Assembly: GCA_008632985.1 (NCBI GenBank)
Contig: QPGO01000007.1
Location: 124,001-188,000, forward strand
Reading direction: 5' to 3'
Length of the DNA stretch: 64,000 bases
Source of the DNA: Psammoneis japonica
Lineage: Eukaryota
The position numbers and the translations under genes are program-made. Below, one piece after another: positions 13,801-25,983 of the stretch. Numbering within the stretch: the stretch's first letter is position 1; every line of letters begins with the position of its first letter. The notes beneath the pieces were generated by a model. That model was not told where the DNA came from. It saw only the letters and a program-made list of their open reading frames with translations, and ran no database searches.

Positions 13801-16800
13801 GATACGTCGTCGATTAAGAAGTTTGCCTTGGAAGGGATTGCCCATATGGCAAGAAACAGTGAAATCCAGAACCTTCTAATCGGAAGCGGAATTGTATGGC
13901 CACTCACAAGAAATCTTCTTGGGTATGACCCGACGCTTGATGTCGTATCGACCAAGTACGATGGACAAGAGAATGTAGTCACGTCGCAGGCTGCCAGTAA
14001 TTCCCACGCGAGGCTTTCAGCACGGGCTTTGGGACTTTTGTGCGGTGTCATGAGGGATGCATCCCTACAGTCACCGACAAACACGACGTTGTTCAATGCT
14101 ATGCATCACTTGCTCACACATCCAATTGCGCGACTTCTTCGGAATAAACGTACAGAGGATCTCCTGAGTACTTTGAACGCAAATGTAGAGACTCCTGTTC
14201 GAGTCTGGAACGTTCGCATGCGAGAGGAACTATCAGAGTTCCTTGACGCAGCGGAAAGCGATCGTGCTGGTGCCGGCTTCCGTCCTATCAATGAAGAACT
14301 GTCACCTGCAATGTCATTTGAATATAATGGCTTGAAGAATGAAATCGTGGTAGGCGGTATATATCTTCGAGTGTTCAATAGCATGGGTAGCGGCAGAGAA
14401 AGCCTACGAGAAATCTCGGATGCAGCAAAGTTTGGGAAGGAAGTTCTTCGTTTCATAGCTCGCAGCCTGAATGAGCATCCTGGCTTTCGTAGTAGGGCCC
14501 CTCCAGTTCCTCTCCCGGATAACGCGGATTCAGAGACACAGGGTCTTTCTGAGGAGGAAGCCCAGTTTGCTTCAGTCGACGATCAAGGCTTTTTGATGGC
14601 GATAAGCGCTCTCCGTCTTCTTGTTCGCGTTGACGGGCTAATCGACGACGTGCTTTGCGACGACAGTGCACATGGGTCATTGGTACTTTTGAGCTTGTTA
14701 GAGCTACCATTGAACAGCGAGGTGAGCATAGACGTAAAATCGCTTTTGTCCTACTGTGAGTGCGTATCATTGACTCTTGTTCTTTCCACAGGTGTTTGGC
14801 ATAGGGTCCGATGTATTGGCATTAATGACTCCGAAGCAAGAGTTTGCCGACGCTGTTTCGAGGCAGGGGGGATTGCAAAGGCTGCTGATGGTTTTAGAGC
14901 GACCCGAGAGCGAAAATAGCGATTCAAATCTTGAAGAAAGCGCTCAACCGGCCCGTGACGGCGCTAGACGACAAGAACAGGGCTGGTCAATTTTGGAGTC
15001 GCTTTCTTCGTCCCCATCTGTCGCATCGAAGCTAGTTCATTCGAGCGGGTGGCTAGAGTTGCTTGGTATCCTCGTCGGTTACTCTAAGTTTACGAAACAA
15101 TTTGTCGCGCGTCTCGGTGCGGGCAGAGTATTGTCTCGATTGTTGTGGGATCCCAAAACTGGTTCTATTGCAGGTACGTAAGAGAATGAGCACGGCGAGA
15201 ACCCACAATCTCGCGTTTTTCTTATCTCAAAGTAGCTGACACGTAGTTTTGTAATTTGCACACAGCACCATTGATACAGAGGTTTCTCCCCGCAACCCTG
15301 GCCGTAATTTTGAAGGAAGAGGGTCCAGATGTCATGCTAAAGGTTTTCGATGGGGAGAGTGAAACCCCCGAACTGATTTGGGATGCTTCGATGAGAGGAG
15401 AAGTCAGGAAGGTGATCGCAGAGCAGCTAAATATGCTCGTTCCTGCTAATGAGGAACGTCTGGTGCATTGTGATAGCTTCAGCCTGCCCACCGATGTTCA
15501 CGTTCGTTATAGGAAACTAGAGGACGAATTGTATATTGGGGGCGTTTACGTGCGGTTGTTCTTAAAAGAACCAACCTTCCGACTCCGCGATCCGACTTCC
15601 TTTTTAGAAATGCTGCTCTTGAGGTGGACGCAAGAGTTGGAGTTGCTTACGTCGTCAGCAAAAGGCTCTGCATCGGCGACACCTTTGCAGGACAGTAGTG
15701 CTGTTGTAGAGGCAAAGCAAGATGCGCTTCAACTTGTCACCAGTGCAAGCGTGTACTTATGCAAGGTTCAGGAATCGCTCTGCGACAAACTGGCTCAGTG
15801 GGGCTACATGTCTCGGTGTTTGTCGCTGATGGAATCAGTTCTGTCGGTGGATCTCATTGGTACCCCTCTTGTCAGCATAATCCGATTGCTACATGTGGCT
15901 TCAAATCGACGCGTCAATGTTGAACGAATTGCTGTAGCATGTGGCAGCGACGGCAGGAATGGAATCGTTGATCTAGCAATTCAGTCTTTCGGGGCAGATC
16001 CTCTTCATCAGGATTGTGCCTTCATGGTGGAGCTCTTGAACAAGATTTTCAAAGAGGCTCTTGGCGACGTACACAACGCACCAAAGGCGTCGATTTCACA
16101 GCGTTTCGATTCTTCGGTGCCAGCACCGATCGATCCGACACCCCGGGCACAGCAGCATCGGCAGTCGAGTCAACCAAGTCACGATGCATGGCTAGATCAA
16201 GAGGCGGCATTCAACGCAATGGCTCCTTCTCCTGCACCAGGACCGGGGCCAGTATCAAAGTCGCAATTCGGAAAGGTTAAGGTGGATGCATTCGACGATC
16301 CATTGGCAATGTTTCGTCAAGAGCCAGCACAATCACAGGCAAATACACCTCTTCCGCCAGGGAGAGGCTCGTTGGGAACCGCCGGGCAGGCCCAACAGGA
16401 GGGGATTAGTGCTCGCCAAGGGATTAGTGCTCGCCAAGGGCTATCCCAGCAAGGTTTGTTCCAGAATGACTCCTCGATGCGGTCATATCAACCGGGAGCC
16501 CCAATACCAAATTCGCATGCTGTCTCGCACGTTATGCACAACACGACGGGCAATCTGCCCTCGCAGACCCAACAAAATAGTCAGGCGTCGCAATCCCATC
16601 CACCCTACGCCCTCAGCTCGATCACCCAGTCACAAGGCTGGAAGGTGCATGGCCAGTCGTCGACACAGTATGCTCCGCAGCAGCAGCAGGCTGTGTCCAC
16701 AGGTGTCTCTAGGGGGGGTCCAGTGTCGCAATATCAATCACCACCAAGTGTTCAGCATAGTGCAAACATGCCGCAGACTGGACCTAACGTAGGGCAAACG

Positions 16801-18042
16801 ACAACGCTACATACCCAGTACAACCAGCCGCAGCATTTTTCTCGACAGCAACCCCATCTTGCGCCGCTATCATCGAATTCGAATCAGCATATATCAGGGA
16901 GTCAGCAGATTCCGTATCAGCCTCAAGCCATGCCCGGGCAACAGATGCCGCCCCCGCAGGTATCGAGCCAGCAATACGAAACAGGAATGACGGCGGCACA
17001 GCAACAAGTACCCGTTCATCAGGCGATGCATCAACAAAACGCACCTTCTCACAACGCGGCTCAGCCCACAAATGAACCACAAATGAAGAGTCAGTTTCAA
17101 TCGCTGTCACCGGGAGGCCAAGCGCAGCAGCCGGCGCAACCGTCCCATTTGCCGCAATTGAGCAGTCAACCTGCACAGCAACAAACACGAACCGAACAGC
17201 ATCCTATGGCAGCAAATCAGATGCCGACTCAATCTTATTCTGCTCAACAAACGCATCAACCGTTGCCACAGGGAGGCCAAGGACTTCATATCCAAACAGG
17301 AACAAGACAGCAGCCTATGCCGACCAATTCGACACCGATGCGGAACCAATCTTACTCTGGTCAACAGGCGCATCAACCTTTACCACCTGGAGGCCAAGGA
17401 CACCATCCTATGTGGACGAGTCCGATGCCGAACCAATCTCACTCTGCTCAACAAACGGATCAGGTCCCTCAGTATCAGCATCAAGGTTTGAACCAGCCAC
17501 TGGAGCCAACCGTGTTAGCTCCTACCGGAGCTCATGCTCAACAAGGTACCGAACCAGCGCGACGCGTAGGTCCTCCACCCGCAGAACCGTCTCCTGTGCA
17601 GCGACCCTATCTCCCCAGTGCCGTTGAAGGGAGTGGTGTCGATGCACGCACGCCGATTGATCCTGCTGTAGTAGCAAATCAATCCATGCTGTCAATTCCC
17701 GGCGCACCGGGAAGCGCGCAAGGTCGGGTTTCACTGCTTCAGTCTGCACTTGCTTGCGAGCTGCCCCGTGTTTTGTTGCAAGACGTGTTGGAGAATTCAA
17801 CCCTGCAGTCCATCAAGGACCCCGCCTCCGCCAAGGTGCATGCAGTGGAGCTTCTGAAACTTTTAACCGTGGACCCCGGGTACGGACTCAAGTTCCAGTT
17901 GATTTTGGATGAGTTACCTGCCTGGAAAAAGTACAAGTCGCAGGATCATTCTCTTTTTATCACCGGCTCGGAGCAAAAGGCTGACTACTTCTTGACCGAT
18001 GGAGGAATGGGAGAAGCAAAGAAGATGTTGACGAACCAGTAA
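7805..18042 (+). CDS. RME8: RME-8/DNAJC13 (GRV2-like) endosomal J-domain protein, 3256 aa. Exons 7805-10197, 10276-11116, 11193-12895, 12972-12990, 13066-14721, 14792-15173, 15266-18042.
   Basis: IWN-type repeats (DLIWNQQTRREL, EVIWNFEMRKHL, ELIWDASMR), J domain RRAYRNLARKFHPDKNPAGREMFE, GYF-like segment, C-terminal WKKYKSQDHSLFI. All six introns are GT-AG, 70-92 bp, and splice in frame (9771 nt including stop). Confidence 0.93.
7814..8032 (+). repeat. CAG/CAA trinucleotide tracts encoding N-terminal polyglutamine of RME-8
   Basis: (cag)n runs at ~7817-7861 and ~7958-7984. Confidence 0.95.
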
Positions 18043-18088
18043 ACATTATAATATGCTGACACTGCGCACGAATCTCCACTTCTATCAT

Positions 18089-18246
18089 CATTGATTGTGT
18101 TCTGAGGTATACGGCACTTTTTCCATGCTTGTTGCGACCCGCTTCCGTGAGTCGAAAAATGACTCTGATTGATAGTGTTCTGAGGTAAACGGCACGTTCT
18201 CCATGCTTGTTGCGACCCGCTTCCGTGAGTCGAAAAATGACTCTGA
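18089..18246. repeat. 78-bp tandem duplication between the convergent RME-8 and monooxygenase 3' ends
   Basis: tctgaggta starts at 18101 and 18179. ccatgcttgttgcgacccgcttccgtgagtcgaaaaatgactctga occurs twice. Confidence 0.95.
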
Positions 18247-18406
18247 AAAAATGCACTTCGGTTCGCTGAACGGCAGTATCAATGTCTCTCTAGAGCAATC
18301 GATTCGTTGCGGTTCATGTTAGGAACATTGAAAAGTATTGGGAGCCTTATCTACTGCGATAGACAGCCTCAGAAGGGAAACGCTAAAAAATTATCACAAT
18401 ATGTAT

Positions 18407-19849
18407 CTAAGCAAGCCCAACGGACCTGTCAAAATGTTTCCGCTGGATCTTTAGGTTGCTCTTGCGACTCTTCTTGATACGTCCGGTCTGACTTGCGAAC
18501 CTGTAGACGTCACTGAGTTCGTATCCAAGCATGCACTGCGTAGTCGCCGAAGGCTTGACGGACAAGGGAAACTTACGCCAGAAAAAGTCACGAATTCCGT
18601 CCCTAACGAAGAGTTTTAGTTGGAGACTTGAACTCAACGCGTACAAGTGAAAGGACAATTCCGTCAGGGCGTGACCTTCTTTGACGCGTTCCTCACTAAA
18701 TGTAGGGAGAGCCTTGTCCCAATCATCGTGGTGAGTATCCAGCAACCGAATGAGAGTAGTGGCATCGCAAAGAGCTGTGTTCATTCCCAACGACAATGCC
18801 GGTGATGTTGCATGAGCGGCGTCACCCATTATGATCGAAGAGATTTTCTCCGAGTGGTAGGCACTACAGTGCAATTGACTTGTTGTACTCCAATCTTGTT
18901 GAACCCACTGCGTAGCAAGGTCTCCATAGTCTGACAACGTAAATCCTTGAAGATTTTCTCTCAGGTACTCTTCCACAACTTTTTTGTCTTTTGACTCGAG
19001 TTCTTCTGCAATAGGATTGCTCTTGAAGTGGCCAATCATGAGATTCATCATTCCGCCTGGCTGAGGACAACCTATGGTGACAAAATTGTTTAAGCTCTCA
19101 ATCGCAATGAAGAGACTATTTGGTGAAATTTCTTTTGGTCGTTCCACGTTGACCGACTTAAAAAGGGAAAATGTATCGGAAATGTCAAACAAGAGGTCAC
19201 GATGCTCTTTAAGCATGGCGTTTCTAACGGTGGAGCGAACACCATCGCAGCCAATGATGTAATCATAAGCAATGTATGCTTCCCCCAGCGTGTTGAGTTC
19301 TCGGTTCGAGCCTTGGGAGGACCCACGTACCAGCACTCGCTTGTGCTCACCGTCCACGTACAGAACTTTGGTCTGCCAGTGGACTGCCAAGTTCAACTTG
19401 TTGCCATGGGTTTCGAGAAGGAACTTGGAGCATGCTGACACAATCGCGTTTCGATCCACGACATAGTTTCGTGGAAGTTTCACGCCCAACGCCTTGAGTT
19501 TCTTGGGGATGGCTTGTTCAGGGACATGAAATACCTTTTCCCGGAAGAAAAAGGACTGGCTTTTGATGGGTGTTCCGATCTCTTTCACGTAGTTTTCATA
19601 GAGTCCAGGAACAGTTTTGAGAGCCTCTTGTCCTTTGTCGGAGAGACCAATCGTCCAGGAACGCTTGGTGGATAGGTCTGTCACTCCACCGAGGTCTTCA
19701 CCATCATCGACAAGCGTTACGTGGTACAGGTGTCCTCCTTGTTCTTGTTTCTGCTCGTTCCGGTGGAGCAAAAGAGCCGCCATCAGCAATCCACATGGAC
19801 CCGCCCCAACTATGACGATGCGCTTCATATGGCTTTGTCGGTTCGTCAT
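18407..19849 (-). CDS. FAD-dependent monooxygenase (kynurenine 3-monooxygenase-like), 480 aa, intronless
   Basis: Rossmann motif IVIVGAGPCG, DG motif IIGCDGVRS, GD motif MGDAAHATSPALSLGMNTALCD. Normal Tyr content. Confidence 0.88.
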   Translation of the reverse strand: MTNRQSHMKRIVIVGAGPCGLLMAALLLHRNEQKQEQGGHLYHVTLVDDGEDLGGVTDLSTKRSWTIGLSDKGQEALKTVPGLYENYVKEIGTPIKSQSFFFREKVFHVPEQAIPKKLKALGVKLPRNYVVDRNAIVSACSKFLLETHGNKLNLAVHWQTKVLYVDGEHKRVLVRGSSQGSNRELNTLGEAYIAYDYIIGCDGVRSTVRNAMLKEHRDLLFDISDTFSLFKSVNVERPKEISPNSLFIAIESLNNFVTIGCPQPGGMMNLMIGHFKSNPIAEELESKDKKVVEEYLRENLQGFTLSDYGDLATQWVQQDWSTTSQLHCSAYHSEKISSIIMGDAAHATSPALSLGMNTALCDATTLIRLLDTHHDDWDKALPTFSEERVKEGHALTELSFHLYALSSSLQLKLFVRDGIRDFFWRKFPLSVKPSATTQCMLGYELSDVYRFASQTGRIKKSRKSNLKIQRKHFDRSVGLA

Positions 19850-20791
19850 TGTAGTGTGAAGGGTCGGCGGCGGTGCTTTGAACTTCGTTTGCGACCTTCT
19901 TGTTCTCGTTGCAAGTCAAAAAATGAAGTAATTCGAATTCTGTGTGAAAGAGGCCTACTTACGGAGCTCCGAGCTCCAGACCACTCACCAAGGGACTACA
20001 GCAGCCAAAATGTGTTGGCTAGAACCCAGGCGGGTGGGTCGGGAGGGTCCTTTGGCTATCTACTTGTGTTAAAACAACACACAAACAACTTCACCTTTCA
20101 CCAAGCTTTCACAACATTTCGTCGTGTTTGTTGAAGATCCAATCCAGCAGGCAGAATGGAGTCGTGCACTCGTGACGTGGCGCGATACAATTTATTCGTA
20201 CCGGCATGTCTTCAGTCGTGGGAAGCTAAAGCCGAGCATCCGGTAATGTATGTGCTAAAGTATTTGAAAATTTTCGAAGGAACACGCACAACAGTTGAAA
20301 ATTACAGTAGGGCAATAGGCTGGGCATGTTTCGAAAATGACCCGTGACGTAGAATAACAAGCCCTTCGGGAGGGCATTGATGACCACGGCAAATCGTTTA
20401 CTCTAGTAGAGTCAGTCTTGGCGCCAAATGCCACGGCGCCGCACCCGGGATTTTTTAAATAAGGAAATTGTGCATTCGACCTAGAAATTATTTTTTTCAT
20501 GCGGAACACATGGCCGTTGACCAATGACACAAGCGTCCGTTGAATCCACAACGATGTCAACACAATTGATTGCAATCATTTCGGTCCTTATTTAAGAGCT
20601 TTTACTCCGATGACACGGGCTCATTGGTTTCCTTTGTGATGGAACAACATGAGCGTGGACACTTTTTTTGTTCCAAAAGGGTGTGCAAAATTTTCAACCC
20701 TCTTTTGGCCACAAAAAAATTGTGGAGCCAGTTGACAAATGAAGCTGAGTTGCACAACTCTAGCTCACAAACTGCCTCACAGCCAAGAAAA

Positions 20792-21188
20792 GATGAGTTC
20801 CAGCTCTGGGTGGGACCTCATGCTGCGCACTGCTGAACTGCAACATCGACAGTTTTTTGGATCGCGCCACATGTCGCGCACGCAGACAGCTGCGTGACTT
20901 TGGTGGATTTTTGTGTCATTTTGCAGTGCAATTGTTGAGCTGTCCATTCAACAACTTTTAACATGTTTTTCTTCTGTGCCATTCTTAAATGTCTTAAGAA
21001 TGGCACATGGCAGGTGGTTTTTCAAAATCTTCGAGTGTGGGCAGGTGCACATGCACTGCAAACTTGGTCGTTTGTTTGATGTTGAAGACAAACATGTCCA
21101 TCAATTTAATTCTCGTGCTTTGGAGCTCACACACAGAGTTCTGTGGGCCCAATGTCACACAGAGTCCCACCTGGGGCTGGAACCCATC
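20792..21188 (+). mobile_element. MITE copy 1 (~400 bp, ~25-bp TIR GAYGGGTTCCAGCCCCAGGTGGGAC)
   Basis: gatgagttccagctctgggtgggac ... gtcccacctggggctggaacccatc, flanked by aaaa/aaaa. The interior matches the reverse complement of 33953-34344. Confidence 0.8.
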
Positions 21189-22303
21189 AAAAACAATCTG
21201 CACCCTCAGAACCGTCATGATGCACTGGTCTGCCGAATCAAGCCCCGCATCATCACCACTTGGAGGCAGGTTGAACTCTTGTCAAAAATGCATGATGACA
21301 GAACTGAGCTGTTGAGAGCTTTTCCAGTTTTAGACACCACAGCTCCAAGCAAGCACATTTGTCATGAACTCATGCTGATGCTGTGCCTGTCACTTTGCCT
21401 TGTTGTTGGATTGCCATGGCCATCACATTGCAGAAACAACATTCTCAATGAGAAAAAGTGTCTCTGGGAGACCTCACAATGATGGAGTCCCCACAGAACA
21501 AAAGAACAAAAAGAAAGAGGAAACACATGCAAGTCAAAACAATGTAAATGCACAAAGGCTCAACAAAACACACAGCATGAATGGCAATGCACAAGGTCAG
21601 TCACATTCAACATGAAGCTTCAATGTGAATTTTTGCTGTCAGCCACCCATGTGAAGCTGTGCATTCTCAAGCTTGTCATGCACCTCATGCCATGACATGT
21701 GACATTCTGTTGAGAACACACAACAAAGCACCTCTCAGAGATGACTGCATTTTTGAAACCAGCAAAATGCCATTGGACCATTTTTGAAATCGGCAAGACA
21801 CAATTGGCCCATGTTGTTTTGCATGTCATTTTGAGCCACGGTTGGAACGAGGTCTTTTTCAACCATTGAGATGCAAAAGGTCAATGCCTTGCAAGTTGTC
21901 ATGCACAACAGAGAGTCATTTGACATTTCACAGGGGCAATTGCAGGAGGTCCCAACCCTGTCACAACTCATGCCGGTGCCGCACATTGCAGATGCTCAGA
22001 AATGAGGATGGCAAACAAACAGTGGTTGATGTGTGTGCCAACGCCATTGCCATGTGGCACGTGGGCATGAAGGACTGCATGACATGGCAGAAAACAGTGC
22101 AAAGTGCACAGCAAAGTCATTGCACAAGGTCCTGCCCCCCTCACAACTCTCACATGAATCGATGCCAAAATCACCGTACATTGCAACTTGTGAACTCTGG
22201 TCAGAACCCAGATGGTCTGCAACAAACTGTTGCATTCCTGTGACCAATGTCAGTCAGCACTGTGTCACACACTCAGCAAGCAAGTCAGTCAGTCACTGGC
22301 TCA

Positions 22304-22494
22304 TCACTCACTCACTCACTCACTCACTCACTCACTCACTCACTCACTCACTCACTCATTCACTCATTCACTCAAAATTTTGATGTCACTTGCCCAGGGT
22401 GGTCAGCAAAACCCCTGCATTGGTGCTTGAGGACGCAAGTGGAGTCCACACATTTTTGTGCTAAAACAAGCCCTTGGGGGGGGGGGGGGGGGGG
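22304..22494. repeat. (CACT)n microsatellite (~22304-22374) and a G19 run (22476-22494)
   Basis: Directly visible. Confidence 0.95.
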
Positions 22495-22659
22495 CACTGA
22501 CCACGGCAGGTGTGGGGTGGCTGGGTGGGCTCTCTCCAGCTGGCTAGAGCAGAGCTGCTCTGCTCTGGCTGGATGGCATTTTTTTGCTTGGTGTGGTGCT
22601 TGAGTCATCAGCTCACAAAAGTGACCCAGATGTTAAAGTGGGGAGAACTGACAACCTCA

Positions 22660-24100
22660 CAAGCACCCATCACCAAAGGCAGCTGTGCTCAAGGACTGGG
22701 GACAACATGCGAAGTGAAGTGCAACATGCAGACAAGGAGCTCTTGTGGAAACAGTCCAGCCATGGCACCAGTGGCTGCAAGAGGCAGAGCAAGGAAGCAG
22801 CAAGACAAAACAAAGAGAGTGCCTCTGGCATGTGTTGTGGAGCAGCAAGAAGCAGCCGGAGCAACAACAAAAAGAAAAGAGGAAAGTTGTGTTGGCAAAA
22901 AGCTTGGGAAGATGCAGCTTCTGAGGTGGCCGGAGACAATGATCTCTGAAGGATTGTCTTTTTTGTGATGATGACATGAGTGAAATCAAGAAGCCATGCA
23001 AAAAAGAGAAGCAAGTTAACTCAGCACAGCCTTGGCCAGGGTGGTGGCTCAAGAATGCACACAGTCACCTGCAAGGCACCAAGCAGCACAGAAAGAGCAA
23101 CATGGATTTTGAAGTGGGGGGTGAGCTGATGATTTTTTGCAAGCACCATCACCAAAGGCAGCTGCACTCAAGGGCAAGGAACAATTTGTGAAGCAAAGTG
23201 TGACATGCAGACAAGGAGTTTGGGCAGAAGCAGTGTGTCCAGCTGCAGCACTGATGGCTGCAAGAGGCAGAGCAAAAGAAGCCAGGGCAGCACCACACAC
23301 CAGCTCTCACAGAGAGCCCTTTGTGCTGCACATTGAAGAAACAAGTGGAGGGGATGAACACCAAGGTGCTAAAAGGGAAAATTGTGAGACTGTTTTGGGT
23401 GCCAAAAGCAAGCAGTTTTGAGATGCTCTGCAGCGCAACCCAGCAAGAGCTCGTTGCCACCCCAGCAGGCCAGCCAAGATTCCATGCATGTGGTCCATGA
23501 CCAAGCATCACCCTGCAAAGTGTTTTAGCACCCATTTGGGGTGTGGCCCAGTTGTTGTTGAGAGCTGCCTCACAAAGAACTGCTTCAATGCCTGTTGCTG
23601 AATCTCCAAACATGCAAAAGGGCTGGAGTTTGCTGGGGATGTCTCTCTGCTGCCATGTGCTGCTTCTGACAAATGAGAGCACAAAAGCACGTGCTCCATG
23701 ACCTCTTTGTAGAGCTGGAAAATCATCTTTGCAGCTTTGGTGCAGAGCTCCTCCCAGCACAATGCTTTGCAGAAGCACACCAAGATCATGAGCAAGAGCA
23801 GCAGCAGCAGCAGCAAAAAGCAGCTCTGTGTGTTGGAGCAGAAAGCAGCCAGAGCAACAACAAAAAGAAAAGATGAAAAGAGCAGATGTTCACAGGCACG
23901 CAGCATCTGAGGTGGCCAGAAATGATCTCCACCAGCATGTGCCAGCATGCAAGATGGGCCACAGCAGAAACACCAGGGCAAGAAAACAAAAGCTTGCTTT
24001 TGTGAGAGGATGGCATGAGCAAAGTCAAGAAGCCACACAGAGAGAAGCAAACCAACTTTGTGCAGCATTGGTGTCAGGTGGCAGCTCAAGAGTGCACACC
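22660..24100 (+). repeat. Diverged local duplications: 22660-22798 ~ 23140-23283, and 22830-23060 ~ 23830-24100
   Basis: Shared catcaccaaaggcagctg...acatgcagacaaggag and gagcaacaacaaaaagaaaaga...ctgaggtggcc.ga.atgatctc. Confidence 0.75.
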
Positions 24101-24689
24101 ATCATGCACAGTGGCTGCTTGCAAGGTGCCAGCCAAGGGCAGCTACCAGCTGTGCTGGCCAGCTCCCACCAGTTGCAAGAGCTTGGCCTCTTGCATTGCC
24201 AACTCAGAGCACTTTGTGGCAGAGTTGAAAAGCAAAACACTTTGATCAATGTGTGCGCAGCATGGTGGCAGGAAGGAAGTGGGTGAGACAAGCTTGCTGT
24301 GAGAGAGGAGAGGGACATGCTCTGCAAAAGAAGAAATGACAACAGAGAGACAGGAAACAAGCAACAGTTGACAATGACAATTCTTTCTGCTCAGAATGTC
24401 TTCACATTTTCTATGTCACCTGTCCTTGTTGCTTGCATTGGACTGGTCACATTGGTGCCACAAGATCTGTCATCTCCTTGCGCTGCATGACAAAAGCACA
24501 CCCGCCGGAGTGTGTTTGCTGCACAACACTGCACTCTTCCCTTTTGTTTTTGTTCCCCTCTCCTGAGCCCTTTCAGGTGTTCCTTCCACAAAATTGCCCT
24601 CATTTCCTGGGCATTCCCAAAAAGGGCAAGGTGACCCCCCTTGCCCTGGCCATTGAATGATGTGAACATTGCTGCGATCGACTTGGAAA

Positions 24690-25563
24690 ACATTGCAGTC
24701 ATGGAGAGTGACTTGGTGCTGGAATCAATTGCATGCTCAAGCATCATTTTGAGGGACAGTGCATGCATTGCTTTTGTGTTGGCAGCCTTGAAATGTGTGG
24801 AGGTTGCTGCAATCAACTTGGAAAATGCTTGCTTGAGTGCACCGTGTGCCAAGAAGATTTGGCTTGAAGGTGGAACCAAGTGTGGTGAGTTCAATGGGTG
24901 TGCATTGGCTGTTGTGAGAGCACTTTGTGGATTGAAGAGTGCACGGTTTTTGTTGTGATTGGCACTTGTTTCTGCTTTGCACGACATGGGTTTCAAGTCA
25001 ATGCAAGCGGACCCTGATGCAGCATCAAGCTTGAGAGCAGCAGCAGCCCATGAAGATGGACATGAGTGCTGCAAGATGCCAATGGTCTGTGTCAACAATG
25101 CATTGACAGTGTTGCACTGAGGCAAGTCAGTTGTTGAGTCCATTGCTGGGCATTGCAAGATCAAGCCTGGGAGCAAAGGTGAGCTGAGGACACATTTGGG
25201 AGCAATGACAGAGAAGATTCAGATGCAGGATGGTCAGATGATTTGGAGCAGCTCACCAAGGGACTGCATCAAGAATGCAATCAAGACAATTGAGGACTTG
25301 CTGAGTGAGGATGGGGGTGGTGCAGCTCTGAAGAACAATGCAAAATTTCCATTTCCGTCAAAGTGCAAGGCTGAGTTGGACGTGACAGATGAACTGGGTC
25401 ACGAGTCAATGTCCCCACACTTGCAGCTCATTGGCACCACAAGGTGGGCAATCAAGTTGGGTTGCATTGATGTGTTGTTTGAAGTGTCTTTGCTTTCTCA
25501 TCATCAGGTGAATCCAAGGAAAGGTCATTTGGCAGCCTTGTGTCACATGTGTTCAGTGCTGTA
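24690..25563 (+). mobile_element. Decayed Ty1/Copia (CoDi-type) reverse transcriptase fragment
   Basis: CSSIILRDSACIAFVLAAL..ENACLSAPC..VRALCGLKSA; QLIGTTRWAIKLGCIDVLFEVSLLS..NPRKGHL. Conserved Tyr positions read Cys or His. Confidence 0.85.
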
Positions 25564-25983
25564 AAAATGACATCTTGATTAGAATCAAATAAAAAAGAAC
25601 AAGACTGCTTGGGGGGCATCTTTGGAAGTGAGATCGTTGAAGGCGGTCTGATCGCCAGTGTGTTTGGGGGCTTTCCCAGTGCAATTTGTGTGCACAAGAA
25701 AACACGCAGGATCTGTCCAGCATTCCCAAATGCCCCAATCGCACTGATTGACAGACCATTTTGGTGCAAATTCTGCGCAACTTTCTTCAACAGTCTCACT
25801 TCCAAAGACATCACCCACATTCTGCTCAAGAGATTGCATCCTTGCTCCTCACTCAACCTCCAATGGCAATCAATCAAATTGCGATTTGTGAGCAAAAATG
25901 ACGGAGTTCCGTTCTTGGTCATTTTCACTGGTTTGTTGGTTGTGCTGCAGTCCCCACTGCAATCTTAATGTCAAGAGCATTGA

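Noticed and set aside
23149..23778. hAT dimerisation-like motif (DDFPAL...)
   Set aside because: Too degenerate and no supporting motifs.
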